A stretch of DNA of 64,000 bases from a virus (IMGVR_UViG_3300045988_126550:1-64000), one strand, 5' to 3'. Shown: positions 9,632 through 19,006, counted from the first letter of the stretch. The notes: generated by a model not told the origin, from the letters alone. Program-made: numbers and translations.

Positions 9632-9660
9632 ATTATAACACATTAATTTCGTATTGTCAA
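9632..9660 (-). promoter_or_regulatory. sigma-A-like promoter TTGACA-N17-TATAAT, motif in spacer
   Basis: Gene strand TTGACAATACGAAATTAATGTGTTATAAT; about 95-nt leader to the HNH start. Confidence 0.6.
9642..9656 (-). promoter_or_regulatory. conserved intergenic motif copy (variant)
   Basis: Gene-strand CAATACGAAATTAAT. Confidence 0.6.
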
Positions 9661-9664
9661 GAGG

Positions 9665-11212
9665 TTATTTTTGGTTAGTATCTTTATCTCTGGACGCCTC
9701 GCCCTCATCTGTAAGCTCATTATCTGGCTTGGTCGGCGCTCCGTTCGATCCATCGCCATTTTCTACATTCCCAGACTGAACATTTGACGACACTAGAGGG
9801 GCTATCCACTTGGTTTTAGCAAGTCCAAGTTTATCCTCAAGATATTCTAAACTACGAGTTTGAGCAGGATTAACCCCAAGCAAAGACATTAATTGTAATT
9901 TAATTGGTATTCCATATTGTGATAATTTCAATAATTGATCAATCTTATCATCTTTAAAGTATTTGCTAACATCTGAAAATTCGACGATTACATCTTCAAC
10001 GTTAAAATTATTTTTAATATAAAAGTTAACCCAAACATTAAATTGTGAAACAACGGCCATTGCCGTCATACTTTCAGACATCATTGCATACCGAAAACTA
10101 GTGCTATTAGTAATTTTATTAGAATTTAAAACAATATCACCATTTGTCTCAATCAGATTGGTCAATGCTTTATTAACAACATTGGTATCATTAGCTGCAT
10201 CTGCCTCAAACGTAATATCATTAAGATCCATAGGAGACATACCAAAGGCTACACCTTCTGGCAAAACGCTCTGTAACTTCTGATAAAACTGATTCGCCAA
10301 TTCAAGGTCAATCTGAAAATCATCTACTTCCTTTGAGCCAGAAATTGTATCTATCTTTGCCCAAATAAGTTTATATGCAGATAGCTCGTCTTTAACTGCC
10401 TGAATTTGAGACAAATCAACAAGGTCGATTAAAGAATTAAACAATCCGCTCAATGGAGGAACACCATAATCTAAATTTTCCTCATTAATTTTTAAGCAAA
10501 ATGTTTGTTCTGGTGGCAATTCCTGCCAACGCAATTTACTATCAGACTTATATGAATTATACATCTTCTTGAAAACAGGGTCATATACATCAAGATAAAA
10601 ACTATTAGAACCATCAAAAAACGAAAAATTAAATGCAAAATTAATCTTGCCACTATAATAGTCAACACTAGAAATTTTACAATAATCTGGGTCTAGAATA
10701 TGTAAAAAGAATAAGTCATCTTCTGGGTTTCCATAGCAGAAACAATACACAACATCATCCAGCCACGCTTTAATTAAACATTTTCTAATCTGTGTATCAA
10801 GATGCATTCCCTGTACATAATTGCTTGTCTTAATATAATTTTGATAAGAAGAATCTTCAACTTCTCCATTATCATTTAATCTTGGATAAACAATATAGCT
10901 TTTTGCATCAAATTGATTAGCTTTATTTAACACAAGTCTTCTATACACATGACTAACTGTATATAAAAACTCAGATAATTTTCTAAGGTTCTTTTGGTTA
11001 CTTTCCGTAGAAGGATTTTGTAAATAGCTTCTAAGATTATCTTTAGAATATATAGTATAAGACTGTGATTTACTACTTGTTAAATCAATTAATGTTAAAA
11101 TATCTTTAACCGCAGCAAATCTCGCTCTAGCTTTTTCGTCTTTTTGGAGAGCCGCTATGCGCTCTTGTTCTGTTAGCTCTTTCTTTTTCTGTTCAAAACT
11201 TTCCAAAGGCAT
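9665..11212 (-). CDS. portal protein candidate, 515 aa
   Basis: Immediately downstream of the large terminase. Size and acidic C-terminal tail are typical. GAAAGGAGG SD. No motif-level proof. Confidence 0.6.
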   Translation of the reverse strand: MPLESFEQKKKELTEQERIAALQKDEKARARFAAVKDILTLIDLTSSKSQSYTIYSKDNLRSYLQNPSTESNQKNLRKLSEFLYTVSHVYRRLVLNKANQFDAKSYIVYPRLNDNGEVEDSSYQNYIKTSNYVQGMHLDTQIRKCLIKAWLDDVVYCFCYGNPEDDLFFLHILDPDYCKISSVDYYSGKINFAFNFSFFDGSNSFYLDVYDPVFKKMYNSYKSDSKLRWQELPPEQTFCLKINEENLDYGVPPLSGLFNSLIDLVDLSQIQAVKDELSAYKLIWAKIDTISGSKEVDDFQIDLELANQFYQKLQSVLPEGVAFGMSPMDLNDITFEADAANDTNVVNKALTNLIETNGDIVLNSNKITNSTSFRYAMMSESMTAMAVVSQFNVWVNFYIKNNFNVEDVIVEFSDVSKYFKDDKIDQLLKLSQYGIPIKLQLMSLLGVNPAQTRSLEYLEDKLGLAKTKWIAPLVSSNVQSGNVENGDGSNGAPTKPDNELTDEGEASRDKDTNQK

Positions 11213-11224
11213 CGGCCTCCTTTC

Positions 11225-13273
11225 TTATCCAAATATTTTTTCAACCTGTTTGCGTGGGGTAACAGGTAGCATATCTATAAGTTTATAATTTGTTGTACGT
11301 TTTTTATTACGAATACGCTCTGCTCGTTTTTCTGAAAGCGCCCACGCACATAATGCAGCGCAGTAGCTTCTATCGTCGTGCAGTTTATTGGCTTTTTCTG
11401 GTATCAAATCAAAAGAGTCTTTCCCTGAATCTCTTTTTTTACGTACCATATTAACCATTTCTTCTTTCATAGCATCGATATTTTTAAGTGCAATTTCTTG
11501 ATATGGATCAAGTTTCACAATTTTTGTTTTAATACAGGAAGATTTTTTCATTTCTTCTTCAACCTTCTGCGCAAATTCTGCTTCTGGAATATTTTGCTTT
11601 TTTAGTTCTTCAGAAATACGTTTCTTCTCTGAATTATATAATTTATCATCAACCTCAAATAAAGTTAAATAACCCTTATTATCATAATCATTTGTGAAAC
11701 TAATACAATCAAGATTCATCATTTCAATAAGTGCTTCATATATAATCGACTTATATTGAGTAGGGGAGACAAGCTTTAATTTATTAATAGCATTAGGATA
11801 TTTACTAACATAATCGGCACTATATTCTTTATCTATCAAACCCCTATGTTTATTTCCCTTATCATCTACCCAATCTTCCATCAAGTAGTCTGCAATATTT
11901 ACACCACCGCCACCAGAACCAGCATCTATTAAAACGGCTTCTATATTTTCATAATCTGGAGCGTTCCCATTATAATCCAATATAAGCTCTTTTAAATATT
12001 TAATCTGATCTGGCGTTTGCATTGGAGTTTTTCTCTTCTTTCCAACATCAAGTAAATTAACACAATTTACAATACGTCCTTTATAATCACTATGCTCATC
12101 AATATAAAGTTCCATTATAAGAATAACGCTATTATCTCTAGAACGAGCAGGGTCATATGCAAATATAAACTTTTTCTCGCCCGTATCGTTATACAACAAT
12201 GGAACACGAGTTTCACTATTACGAGCAATGGTACCGCGCTTAATAATGGCATTTAAACCAGCATCTGTCGTAAATTCACAATAATACTCACGGCGTGCTT
12301 TTTCGGGATTCGTCGCCATTTCAGTTTCAACTGTACTACGCATAAGCAAAGGGGCGATGACTTTACCATGCATGGTCGGTTTAAAAGCAACTTCACAATC
12401 TATATGGGCAACAAAATAATCTTGATCTCCCATAAGTTGTCGTTTAGCAAATTCTCTATATAGACGATAAAATTCAGTATCAGTACTCGATGCTGAACTA
12501 ATATAAAATTTTTGGTTCGGAATATTTGTAGGAAATGTACGAAGTCTAATCGGGTCAATAAGATTACCATCTCTATCCTTACCGGTTTTAAAGCTTTTAT
12601 TAACAATGGCAAATGCACCATAAACTTTCATCATTTCTGCCGACAAGAAGCCGGACTCATCAAATATTACAGTTCCACGCATACCTCTCTTGGCATCTAT
12701 ATTACTATTTAAGGTTTGAGTCATTGAACCATTATATAAAGAATACGTAAAACCATTACTTGAATGACTGAATCCATCTCCTGCAGCATTTTTAATTTCC
12801 ACTTCGTGCTTAAAAATATATCCAGTTGAACCAACCATTTCATCAATATTGTCATTAGCCAGACGTTCGAGCGTTGTAAATGTTTGTTCAGCCTGTCCGC
12901 CTGATCCTGATGCTATATAACTCCAAAAGTTATTAAATAGCATCCCTTTGGACATAAGAATTAAATCAATTACTGTAGATTTTCCCAATCCACGGGTCGC
13001 AACAACCAGTACATTTGGACAATTCCAAGACCTTTGAACTATCCATGCCTGTGCATCAATTAATTCTATACCGAAAAAATCACTTATAAATCTAACAGGA
13101 TTACATTGATAATATTTTTGTAATTCTGCAATTTTTATCAATGATTCTATTTTACGAGTTGACATTGCATATACACCGGGTTTTACATATACAACGTTAC
13201 TTTCATTCATTATATCCGAAAGATACTCATCATTCATTTCATCAATTATTTTGATCTTCATCTGACTGCTCAT
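11225..13273 (-). CDS. terminase large subunit
   Basis: 682 aa. Walker A-like VVATRGLGKST, and an acidic Walker B-like VIFDESG. C-terminal nuclease-sized half. Canonical position before the portal. Confidence 0.8.
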   Translation of the reverse strand: MSSQMKIKIIDEMNDEYLSDIMNESNVVYVKPGVYAMSTRKIESLIKIAELQKYYQCNPVRFISDFFGIELIDAQAWIVQRSWNCPNVLVVATRGLGKSTVIDLILMSKGMLFNNFWSYIASGSGGQAEQTFTTLERLANDNIDEMVGSTGYIFKHEVEIKNAAGDGFSHSSNGFTYSLYNGSMTQTLNSNIDAKRGMRGTVIFDESGFLSAEMMKVYGAFAIVNKSFKTGKDRDGNLIDPIRLRTFPTNIPNQKFYISSASSTDTEFYRLYREFAKRQLMGDQDYFVAHIDCEVAFKPTMHGKVIAPLLMRSTVETEMATNPEKARREYYCEFTTDAGLNAIIKRGTIARNSETRVPLLYNDTGEKKFIFAYDPARSRDNSVILIMELYIDEHSDYKGRIVNCVNLLDVGKKRKTPMQTPDQIKYLKELILDYNGNAPDYENIEAVLIDAGSGGGGVNIADYLMEDWVDDKGNKHRGLIDKEYSADYVSKYPNAINKLKLVSPTQYKSIIYEALIEMMNLDCISFTNDYDNKGYLTLFEVDDKLYNSEKKRISEELKKQNIPEAEFAQKVEEEMKKSSCIKTKIVKLDPYQEIALKNIDAMKEEMVNMVRKKRDSGKDSFDLIPEKANKLHDDRSYCAALCAWALSEKRAERIRNKKRTTNYKLIDMLPVTPRKQVEKIFG

Positions 13274-14513
13274 TTTCGGATACCTCCTCGTTAACAGGTT
13301 CTATTTCACTAAGAGGGGAGAAGAGTTCATTTAAATTGATAAGATTCTCTTGCGGCAATAAATCATGCTCAGACAACGTATCTTTCAAATCTAAATTTTC
13401 TCTCAATAAAATCCTACATATCTCTTTATAACTTTCCCTTTCACTAGTAAGTTGAGTTACAAGCTTTCTTTGCTCCGCAACAATATCAGAATATTCAGAC
13501 TCATCAAGAGCAAGTTGCTTTAAAATAGAAGCATTACTCAAATCCATAACCTGTTGCATACCTTTACATGTTGCAATGTCAAATCCATTAACTTCTCCCT
13601 CGCGGAGATTTAATTCTTTAATTTTTTTAATTTTACCAGTCCAAGTATTTTCACCTTTACTCTGATTTTTATTATGTTTTAAGCTTAAGCAAGATTGTTC
13701 CGCCAACAAAGAAACGGTAGAGGCTATATTTTTCTTAGAATCTAGGTAAGATTTAATTTCACCAGATTTATTAGAAACATTTGGAGAAGACATAGCCTTT
13801 GCAATCATATCATCCAGCTTTGCCTGTTGCGAAAATCCACGAACAATAGTGATCGCAGAAGAAATTCTCATCATGTCATCATTTTCTCCACTTGCATCCA
13901 AATATCCAATCAACTGAGAGTAGAGCAGTGGCTTATCTTCTTCTTGTTCATGCTCAAAAGGATCATATCCAAGTAATCTAATAACATCTATACGGTTTTT
14001 TTCATACTCTTCATTGATTTCTTGATTTTTTGGGCGTTGGTCTTCTGATAATTCCTTTCCAATATCTTGTTTAGCTTGCTTAATTGCTTCCTCTTTATAA
14101 TTTGCAAATAAATCCCCATCACGCCAACGCATCGTTTTATACTGCGGCATACTAATATTTTTAATATATGCCGCCCATATATTACTACGTTGCTTTGGAT
14201 TTTTATCATTTATATACTCAAAATAACTAGAATTCCAAATATTTTCGAGGAAGGGTTTATCAAGACGTTCAAGTGCTTCTTGGACGGACGCCTTCGTGCA
14301 ATCACCATATGTCTTAGTCCTAGCATTATAATTTCTTGCAATCTTTTCTGCACAATCCTTACACATTACCGTTTTGCCAGTCATCACAAGCGGATCAGAG
14401 CTCATATAAAAATCTCCAGCTTTTTTAATGGTGTTACAATATGGGCACAAATATTTTTCAATTTGACAAGCCTTAGAAGTTTGTCTTCTTCCAGCACTTT
14501 TACCTGCCGCCAT
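13242..14513 (-). CDS. terminase small subunit candidate (Zn-ribbon N-terminus)
   Basis: 423 aa, overlaps the TerL start by 32 nt. CPYCN..CKDC ribbon. Call is by position only. Confidence 0.35.
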   Translation of the reverse strand: MAAGKSAGRRQTSKACQIEKYLCPYCNTIKKAGDFYMSSDPLVMTGKTVMCKDCAEKIARNYNARTKTYGDCTKASVQEALERLDKPFLENIWNSSYFEYINDKNPKQRSNIWAAYIKNISMPQYKTMRWRDGDLFANYKEEAIKQAKQDIGKELSEDQRPKNQEINEEYEKNRIDVIRLLGYDPFEHEQEEDKPLLYSQLIGYLDASGENDDMMRISSAITIVRGFSQQAKLDDMIAKAMSSPNVSNKSGEIKSYLDSKKNIASTVSLLAEQSCLSLKHNKNQSKGENTWTGKIKKIKELNLREGEVNGFDIATCKGMQQVMDLSNASILKQLALDESEYSDIVAEQRKLVTQLTSERESYKEICRILLRENLDLKDTLSEHDLLPQENLINLNELFSPLSEIEPVNEEVSENEQSDEDQNN

Positions 14514-14540
14514 AACTCTTCCTCCCTCCTGATTAGCATT

Positions 14541-14572
14541 TTGTCACGAATATTATATATTATTCGTGACAA
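14541..14572. other. perfect 12-bp inverted repeat TTGTCACGAATA-N8-TATTCGTGACAA
   Basis: Read directly. Overlaps the stop of 14560..14787. No flanking T-run on either strand. Confidence 0.6.
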
Positions 14573-14787
14573 ATCTCAACGGATTCATCGTTTGCCTGTT
14601 TCTTAAGACTATCATTCAGCTCCGAAAACGCAGCCTCGAAAGCTTCGTCACGCTTAAAAACAAAAATAGTCTTATCTGGGTTTTCCTTAGACTGCTTAAT
14701 ATCTGCAATAGTACATCCAGCGCGTAATAAACGTCTGGCGCATCCGGGGTTAAAAACTAACTTAAAATTCTTTTTAATGTCTTCCAT
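14560..14787 (-). CDS. hypothetical protein, 75 aa
   Basis: Track ORF; AAAGGAGAA SD. Confidence 0.6.
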   Translation of the reverse strand: MEDIKKNFKLVFNPGCARRLLRAGCTIADIKQSKENPDKTIFVFKRDEAFEAAFSELNDSLKKQANDESVEICHE

Positions 14788-14827
14788 TTTATTATGTTCT
14801 CCTTTATTTTTTGTTATTTATATTATT

Positions 14828-14856
14828 AAAACGGCAGTAATTATTAATTACTGCCG
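14828..14856 (-). terminator. rho-independent terminator (11-bp stem, 3-nt loop, TTTT)
   Basis: Gene strand CGGCAGTAATT-AAT-AATTACTGCCG-TTTTAATAATA, downstream of 14880..16070. Confidence 0.7.
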
Positions 14857-14863
14857 AAATAAT

Positions 14864-14878
14864 ATTAATTTTGTATTG
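14864..14878 (-). promoter_or_regulatory. conserved intergenic motif copy
   Basis: Gene-strand CAATACAAAATTAAT, between the stop at 14880 and the terminator hairpin. Confidence 0.7.
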
Positions 14879-14879
14879 T

Positions 14880-16070
14880 TTATAATTTAATATTATAGGT
14901 GCACTGTCTACCATCTTCCGGCGTAAAAATTACTAATGTTTGTCCCGGAGATGAATATAATCTCTTATTATTAGAATACTCATCTGCTCCACATAAGGAA
15001 CGAACTAGAATAGATTCAATACCAAGTTGTTCAAACTCTTCAATGTGGTGCTTGTCTGCAAGGAACGAATAATCAATTGTCTTCCCATAAAGCTTTGAAA
15101 AAATAGTATTTGCAATAACGCCAAAATTCTTAATCTTATCAAGGTCTCCATGGCAACCAATTATATTATATCCACACACACTAAATGCAATAAATTCATA
15201 GTAATCACTTTCAACTATATTAACACGATTATTATTCTGTAATCTTTGCTTTAACCACCATGGAATAATACGTTCCATATTATCTGAGTGAATACTATCA
15301 TCCTTATTTTGGATTGTTCTTGCATGATTACCATATGTAGAATATACATCAACTTGTTTCACTTTAGCAGAAAGCTCATTAATGAATTGCGCCAAAATTT
15401 CAGAAACATGCATAAGCTGCTCGCATGTATTTTCTTCAGACATAACTCTGCAGCCAGAATGAATAGCGCCATGAATTTCATCGCCAAGTAACATAATATG
15501 TAATTTTTCAACATGGTTATACTTTAAATATTGAGAAACTTTTTCATAAAGCTTTTGCACTCTCTGCTTGCATATATCAGTATTATATTTATTCCAAATA
15601 TTGTCTGAGACTTCTCCATAGTGCCAATCCGCTAAAACCAAAATAGCCTCTTTGCCAGATTCAACTACTGGAATATCTGAAAAATTATTTAATTCACGAA
15701 CCGGAAGAGATTTAGCGACCTTAATTAATTCTTCTGTTAAATGGTCTGAGCGGGCATCCATAGTAAGGATTTTATTATATTCACGCCTTTGGTCTTGAAA
15801 TTGTTTTTTGGCTTTATAAAGTTCTTCCTTCTCTTCACGAATTTTCTTCAAATATTCATCCTCAGTGAAAAATGTACTTTCATTCGCTTCCATCATTTTA
15901 TTAAAACTCTGTACCTTTTTTCTATAAGCACTTTCACCATAATTATATCCAAGAGATTCATTTAATATGTCAGCAATATTTTGCCACGTTAAGCCTTGTG
16001 ACTCTTTCATAGAGCATATACGCAATATATATTGTTCTTCATTTTCATTAACTAATTTCTCATACCCCAT
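14880..16070 (-). CDS. calcineurin-like metallophosphoesterase (Mre11/SbcD-type fold) with N-terminal HTH-like region
   Basis: LADWHYGE .. LLGDEIHG .. YGNHAR .. GCHGDLD motif series. ATG 16070 preferred (GGGGTG SD, after the HU stop) over the track start 16130. Confidence 0.7.
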   Translation of the reverse strand: MGYEKLVNENEEQYILRICSMKESQGLTWQNIADILNESLGYNYGESAYRKKVQSFNKMMEANESTFFTEDEYLKKIREEKEELYKAKKQFQDQRREYNKILTMDARSDHLTEELIKVAKSLPVRELNNFSDIPVVESGKEAILVLADWHYGEVSDNIWNKYNTDICKQRVQKLYEKVSQYLKYNHVEKLHIMLLGDEIHGAIHSGCRVMSEENTCEQLMHVSEILAQFINELSAKVKQVDVYSTYGNHARTIQNKDDSIHSDNMERIIPWWLKQRLQNNNRVNIVESDYYEFIAFSVCGYNIIGCHGDLDKIKNFGVIANTIFSKLYGKTIDYSFLADKHHIEEFEQLGIESILVRSLCGADEYSNNKRLYSSPGQTLVIFTPEDGRQCTYNIKL

Positions 16071-16083
16071 AAAATCACCCCAA

Positions 16084-16389
16084 TTATTCTCCATTAATTC
16101 TATATCTAAATGGCTGACTAAATTTGGCATATGGGATAACTCTTTCTGGGGCCATCAAAGTTGTATTATCACGCGGGTTTCTAACTTCGCGTGGGGCAAC
16201 TCTACGAGCGCCAATTGTAACACCGGGGATTAATTTCATCTCAGCATTTTCATCAAAACTTGCTTCCTGCATAACATCAACAACTAGCGCTTCTAGAGCA
16301 GTTAGAAACTCTTCAATATTATACTTATAAAAACCTGTACGATCTGCGAGTTCATTAATTATATCTTGCTTTTTTAGTATTTTATTCAT
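16084..16389 (-). CDS. HU/IHF-family histone-like DNA-binding protein
   Basis: MNK..KQDIINELADRTG..K..IEEFLTAL...V...L .. GARRVAPREVRNPRDNTTLMAPERVIPYAKFS, the characteristic beta-arm R-N-P motif. Confidence 0.8.
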   Translation of the reverse strand: MNKILKKQDIINELADRTGFYKYNIEEFLTALEALVVDVMQEASFDENAEMKLIPGVTIGARRVAPREVRNPRDNTTLMAPERVIPYAKFSQPFRYRINGE

Positions 16390-16402
16390 TTTTTGCTCCT
16401 CC

Positions 16403-16415
16403 TAATTTGTATTTT
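16403..16415 (-). promoter_or_regulatory. degenerate motif copy
   Basis: Gene-strand AAAATACAAATTA followed directly by GGAGGAG, the SD of the HU-like gene. Confidence 0.4.
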
Positions 16416-16602
16416 ATTCATAATCCTCATCATACGAAATAGACATAGAAACCGGCTTATCTAAAAAATCTACAAATAATCTGGATAATTCAATAAATTC
16501 ACCAGTGTCTGGATTCTCAATTCCAATAACGTTATTCTCGTCTAGACCAAGTACTCCCTTTGCAGAGAGCTTATAATTCTTGTTAATACTTGCTTTTGCC
16601 AT
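16414..16602 (-). CDS. hypothetical protein, 62 aa
   Basis: Track ORF; TAGGAGGAG SD. Confidence 0.6.
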   Translation of the reverse strand: MAKASINKNYKLSAKGVLGLDENNVIGIENPDTGEFIELSRLFVDFLDKPVSMSISYDEDYE

Positions 16603-16620
16603 ATTTATTGCTCCTCCTAA

Positions 16621-17331
16621 TCATTCAAGTTCATCAGCTTTTGTTGAAACAATGCCTCTATGATTTGTTGTTAAATGACAAATCTGTGCATATGATTCAT
16701 CTTTGAAATGCTCAATATATTTAACAAAACCACTATTTTCTGGATGGTGATACAAATCACATTGTCCACTATGACCAATTACAATAGTTTTAGAAGTATC
16801 AGAAATTCTTGTTAAAACCTTTTTTAATTCATCTGTATACATATTTTGTGATTCTTCAATAATAACGACTTTATTTTCTAAATTGCACCCTCTTAGATAA
16901 ACATGAGAAATGCAATCAATATATCCAGTTCCATTCTTTTGATTTTCTACTCCTTCTTGAATGACAGAAGTAAACGGATTAATTCCAAGCTTTGCAAGTG
17001 CATCATATAGTGGAGTAGTGTAAATAGATACTTTTTCGTCCGCGCTACCCGGAAGAAATCCAAGTTTTTCTTCCTGAACAGGGCTAACTATATACACGAT
17101 GCCATCATATTCGCCATGTTGTACTAAAAGGTTTGCGGCAGCTACAGCCATTAATGTCTTGCCAGTACCAGCTCTTGCATTCGCAAATACAATTAATTTA
17201 TCCGGATTCAAAATGGCATTTACAAATTCCTTTTGTTCGTTATCTAATGTAAGACCATAAAAGGGGTGCCCCTCAACAGTTCTTGGAGCATCTCCATACT
17301 CGTTTGTGATAGTCTTTTTCTTTGTAGCCAT
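16621..17331 (-). CDS. phoH: PhoH-like ATPase
   Basis: Walker A ARAGTGKT, Walker B VVIIEESQN, and the C-terminal GHSGQCD / HRG pattern typical of the PhoH family. Confidence 0.8.
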   Translation of the reverse strand: MATKKKTITNEYGDAPRTVEGHPFYGLTLDNEQKEFVNAILNPDKLIVFANARAGTGKTLMAVAAANLLVQHGEYDGIVYIVSPVQEEKLGFLPGSADEKVSIYTTPLYDALAKLGINPFTSVIQEGVENQKNGTGYIDCISHVYLRGCNLENKVVIIEESQNMYTDELKKVLTRISDTSKTIVIGHSGQCDLYHHPENSGFVKYIEHFKDESYAQICHLTTNHRGIVSTKADELE

Positions 17332-17345
17332 ATAGTCCCTCCAAA

Positions 17346-17960
17346 TTATAGAATCTCATCAATATCTTTAATAATTCCATCAGCCATGCCAAGAGTAACA
17401 GCCTCTTCGCATGTGATATACCATTCTGTACTCTTTTTCTTATTAAAAGTCTTAGAGTCAATGGATGTTTTATCTAAAATATAATTTCTCATCTTGTCAA
17501 CAAGGGCTTTATATTGTTTCATTTGCTCAGTTGTTTGCTCAAATGAACCACCACAGCCACCGCTTCCACTATGAAGCAAATAATTAGTATTTGGCATAGC
17601 AAAACGCTTATGTCCAGATAATGCAATTAAACATGCTGCCGAATATGCCCATCCCATATTAACAGTTATAATTGGCGTCTTACTGATTTCTACAAGCCCA
17701 ACAAAAGACAATGTATCTTCTAATGTGCCTCCAGGAGAATTAATAAATATCTTAATTGGTTTTCTATCCTCTGGTGGAGTACCTTTGTCTTCTCTGTTCC
17801 AATTCATAATCAGCTTTGATGCTTCAAATAGGCTTTCATCAATTTCCCCCTCGATCCAAATGCTACGATTTTCTACATCCTTATAGAACTGTAGGAGCTC
17901 TGGGTTTGGTAATGAAAGATTCTCAATTGAATTTGGAATTGCGATTGCTAATTGTTCCAT
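17346..17960 (-). CDS. clpP: ClpP-family serine protease
   Basis: INSPGG .. MGWAYSAACLIALSG (Ser) .. LLHSGSGG (His), collinear with ClpP signatures. Confidence 0.75.
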   Translation of the reverse strand: MEQLAIAIPNSIENLSLPNPELLQFYKDVENRSIWIEGEIDESLFEASKLIMNWNREDKGTPPEDRKPIKIFINSPGGTLEDTLSFVGLVEISKTPIITVNMGWAYSAACLIALSGHKRFAMPNTNYLLHSGSGGCGGSFEQTTEQMKQYKALVDKMRNYILDKTSIDSKTFNKKKSTEWYITCEEAVTLGMADGIIKDIDEIL

Positions 17961-18053
17961 GTCTTGTACCTCCCTGTTGTGTGTTTTATTTAATAAAATA
18001 TAAGCATATTCTTATATCATTACTATTTTGTATCAATCCATTTTTTACAGTAG

Positions 18054-18080
18054 CAAAAAATGCAAGTAAATCACTTGCAT
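18054..18080 (-). terminator. rho-independent terminator (8-bp stem), potentially bidirectional
   Basis: Gene strand ATGCAAGT-GATTT-ACTTGCAT-TTTTTT; a T-run is also present on the plus side. Confidence 0.7.
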
Positions 18081-18087
18081 TTTCTAC

Positions 18088-18102
18088 ATTAATTTTGTAT
18101 TG
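18088..18102 (-). promoter_or_regulatory. conserved intergenic motif copy
   Basis: Gene-strand CAATACAAAATTAAT, between the stop at 18122 and the terminator hairpin. Confidence 0.7.
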
Positions 18103-18121
18103 TCTATTTTGAGGCGACCCC

Positions 18122-19006
18122 CTACATATTCTTCTTTCTCTCTCTATATCTTTGTATTTCTAGCCTCTTTAATTCTCGCAAATGATCTCTTCTACATTGT
18201 TCGCATCTACAAGTTTCCGTAGCAAGAGGGCTTACTAAAAATCTTTTTCCACATTCAATACATTCAATTTCAACGTCACTAGATAACTCATAATCTGGGC
18301 GATGAATACTACAATACTTTGCTGAATTTGACCTAGCCTTAAACCATCTGCCACAAACATCGCATCTTTTATATCCACCATTTTTATAATTCAAAAATGC
18401 ATAAGCAAGTTCCAAATAATCATATTCATCAAGCGTAAGGACGACTTCGTCCTCATCATGATCTACAAAAGCGGCAGTCAAGGCATTATAACCTATACTG
18501 AAATTCTGTTTGAGTAATCCTTCCTTATATGCAAATCCAAAATACAAATCTCTATCTTTGGCTGGTATAACAACCCTTGCAAATTTAAATATTTCAGAAG
18601 TCTTTGCGTAAAATGTATCATTATCTCTTTGACTTTCGGCATTTTGATATTTTGCTAATGCTAAAATGACAAATGCAATTTTTTCTTTCCTTATATCATT
18701 TAAAGACATGATTTTGTCCATTTCTCTTTTTGTAATATTAATAGTATTTACATCTTTAATTTTATATTTATAAGCCTTATTAATATCCTTATTAATGGTA
18801 TTTATATACCCCTGATACATAAAACCATTATAATTTTGAGCCATAAAGTCAACAATTTTCCAAAATACATCATTCTTATCTGCAGGATTTAATTGTGTAT
18901 AATAAATTGCCGCATTCCAAATTGCCTGAGTTATACTAACCCCGTCAATATTTTTATCCTCTATAATGCTATAAATCCTACTTTTTTCATTAAAATTAAA
19001 TCTCAT
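18122..19006 (-). CDS. hypothetical protein, 294 aa, C-terminal Cys4-type Zn-ribbons plus a basic tail
   Basis: CDVCG..CSIH..CIECG..CRCEQC followed by RRDHLRELKRLEIQRYRERKK. Overlaps the stop of the RNAP-like gene by 11 nt. Confidence 0.6.
   Translation of the reverse strand: MRFNFNEKSRIYSIIEDKNIDGVSITQAIWNAAIYYTQLNPADKNDVFWKIVDFMAQNYNGFMYQGYINTINKDINKAYKYKIKDVNTINITKREMDKIMSLNDIRKEKIAFVILALAKYQNAESQRDNDTFYAKTSEIFKFARVVIPAKDRDLYFGFAYKEGLLKQNFSIGYNALTAAFVDHDEDEVVLTLDEYDYLELAYAFLNYKNGGYKRCDVCGRWFKARSNSAKYCSIHRPDYELSSDVEIECIECGKRFLVSPLATETCRCEQCRRDHLRELKRLEIQRYRERKKNM

Noticed and set aside
13242-13273. The 32-nt overlap between the small-terminase candidate and TerL as a programmed frameshift
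   Set aside because: TerL has its own GAGGAGG SD and ATG inside the overlap, so ordinary overlapping genes are sufficient.
17346-17960. Calling the ClpP-like gene the prohead maturation protease
   Set aside because: It is ~9 kb from the portal-capsid slot, sits in a separate terminator-bounded cluster, and another protease/scaffold candidate occupies the canonical position. The function is left open.
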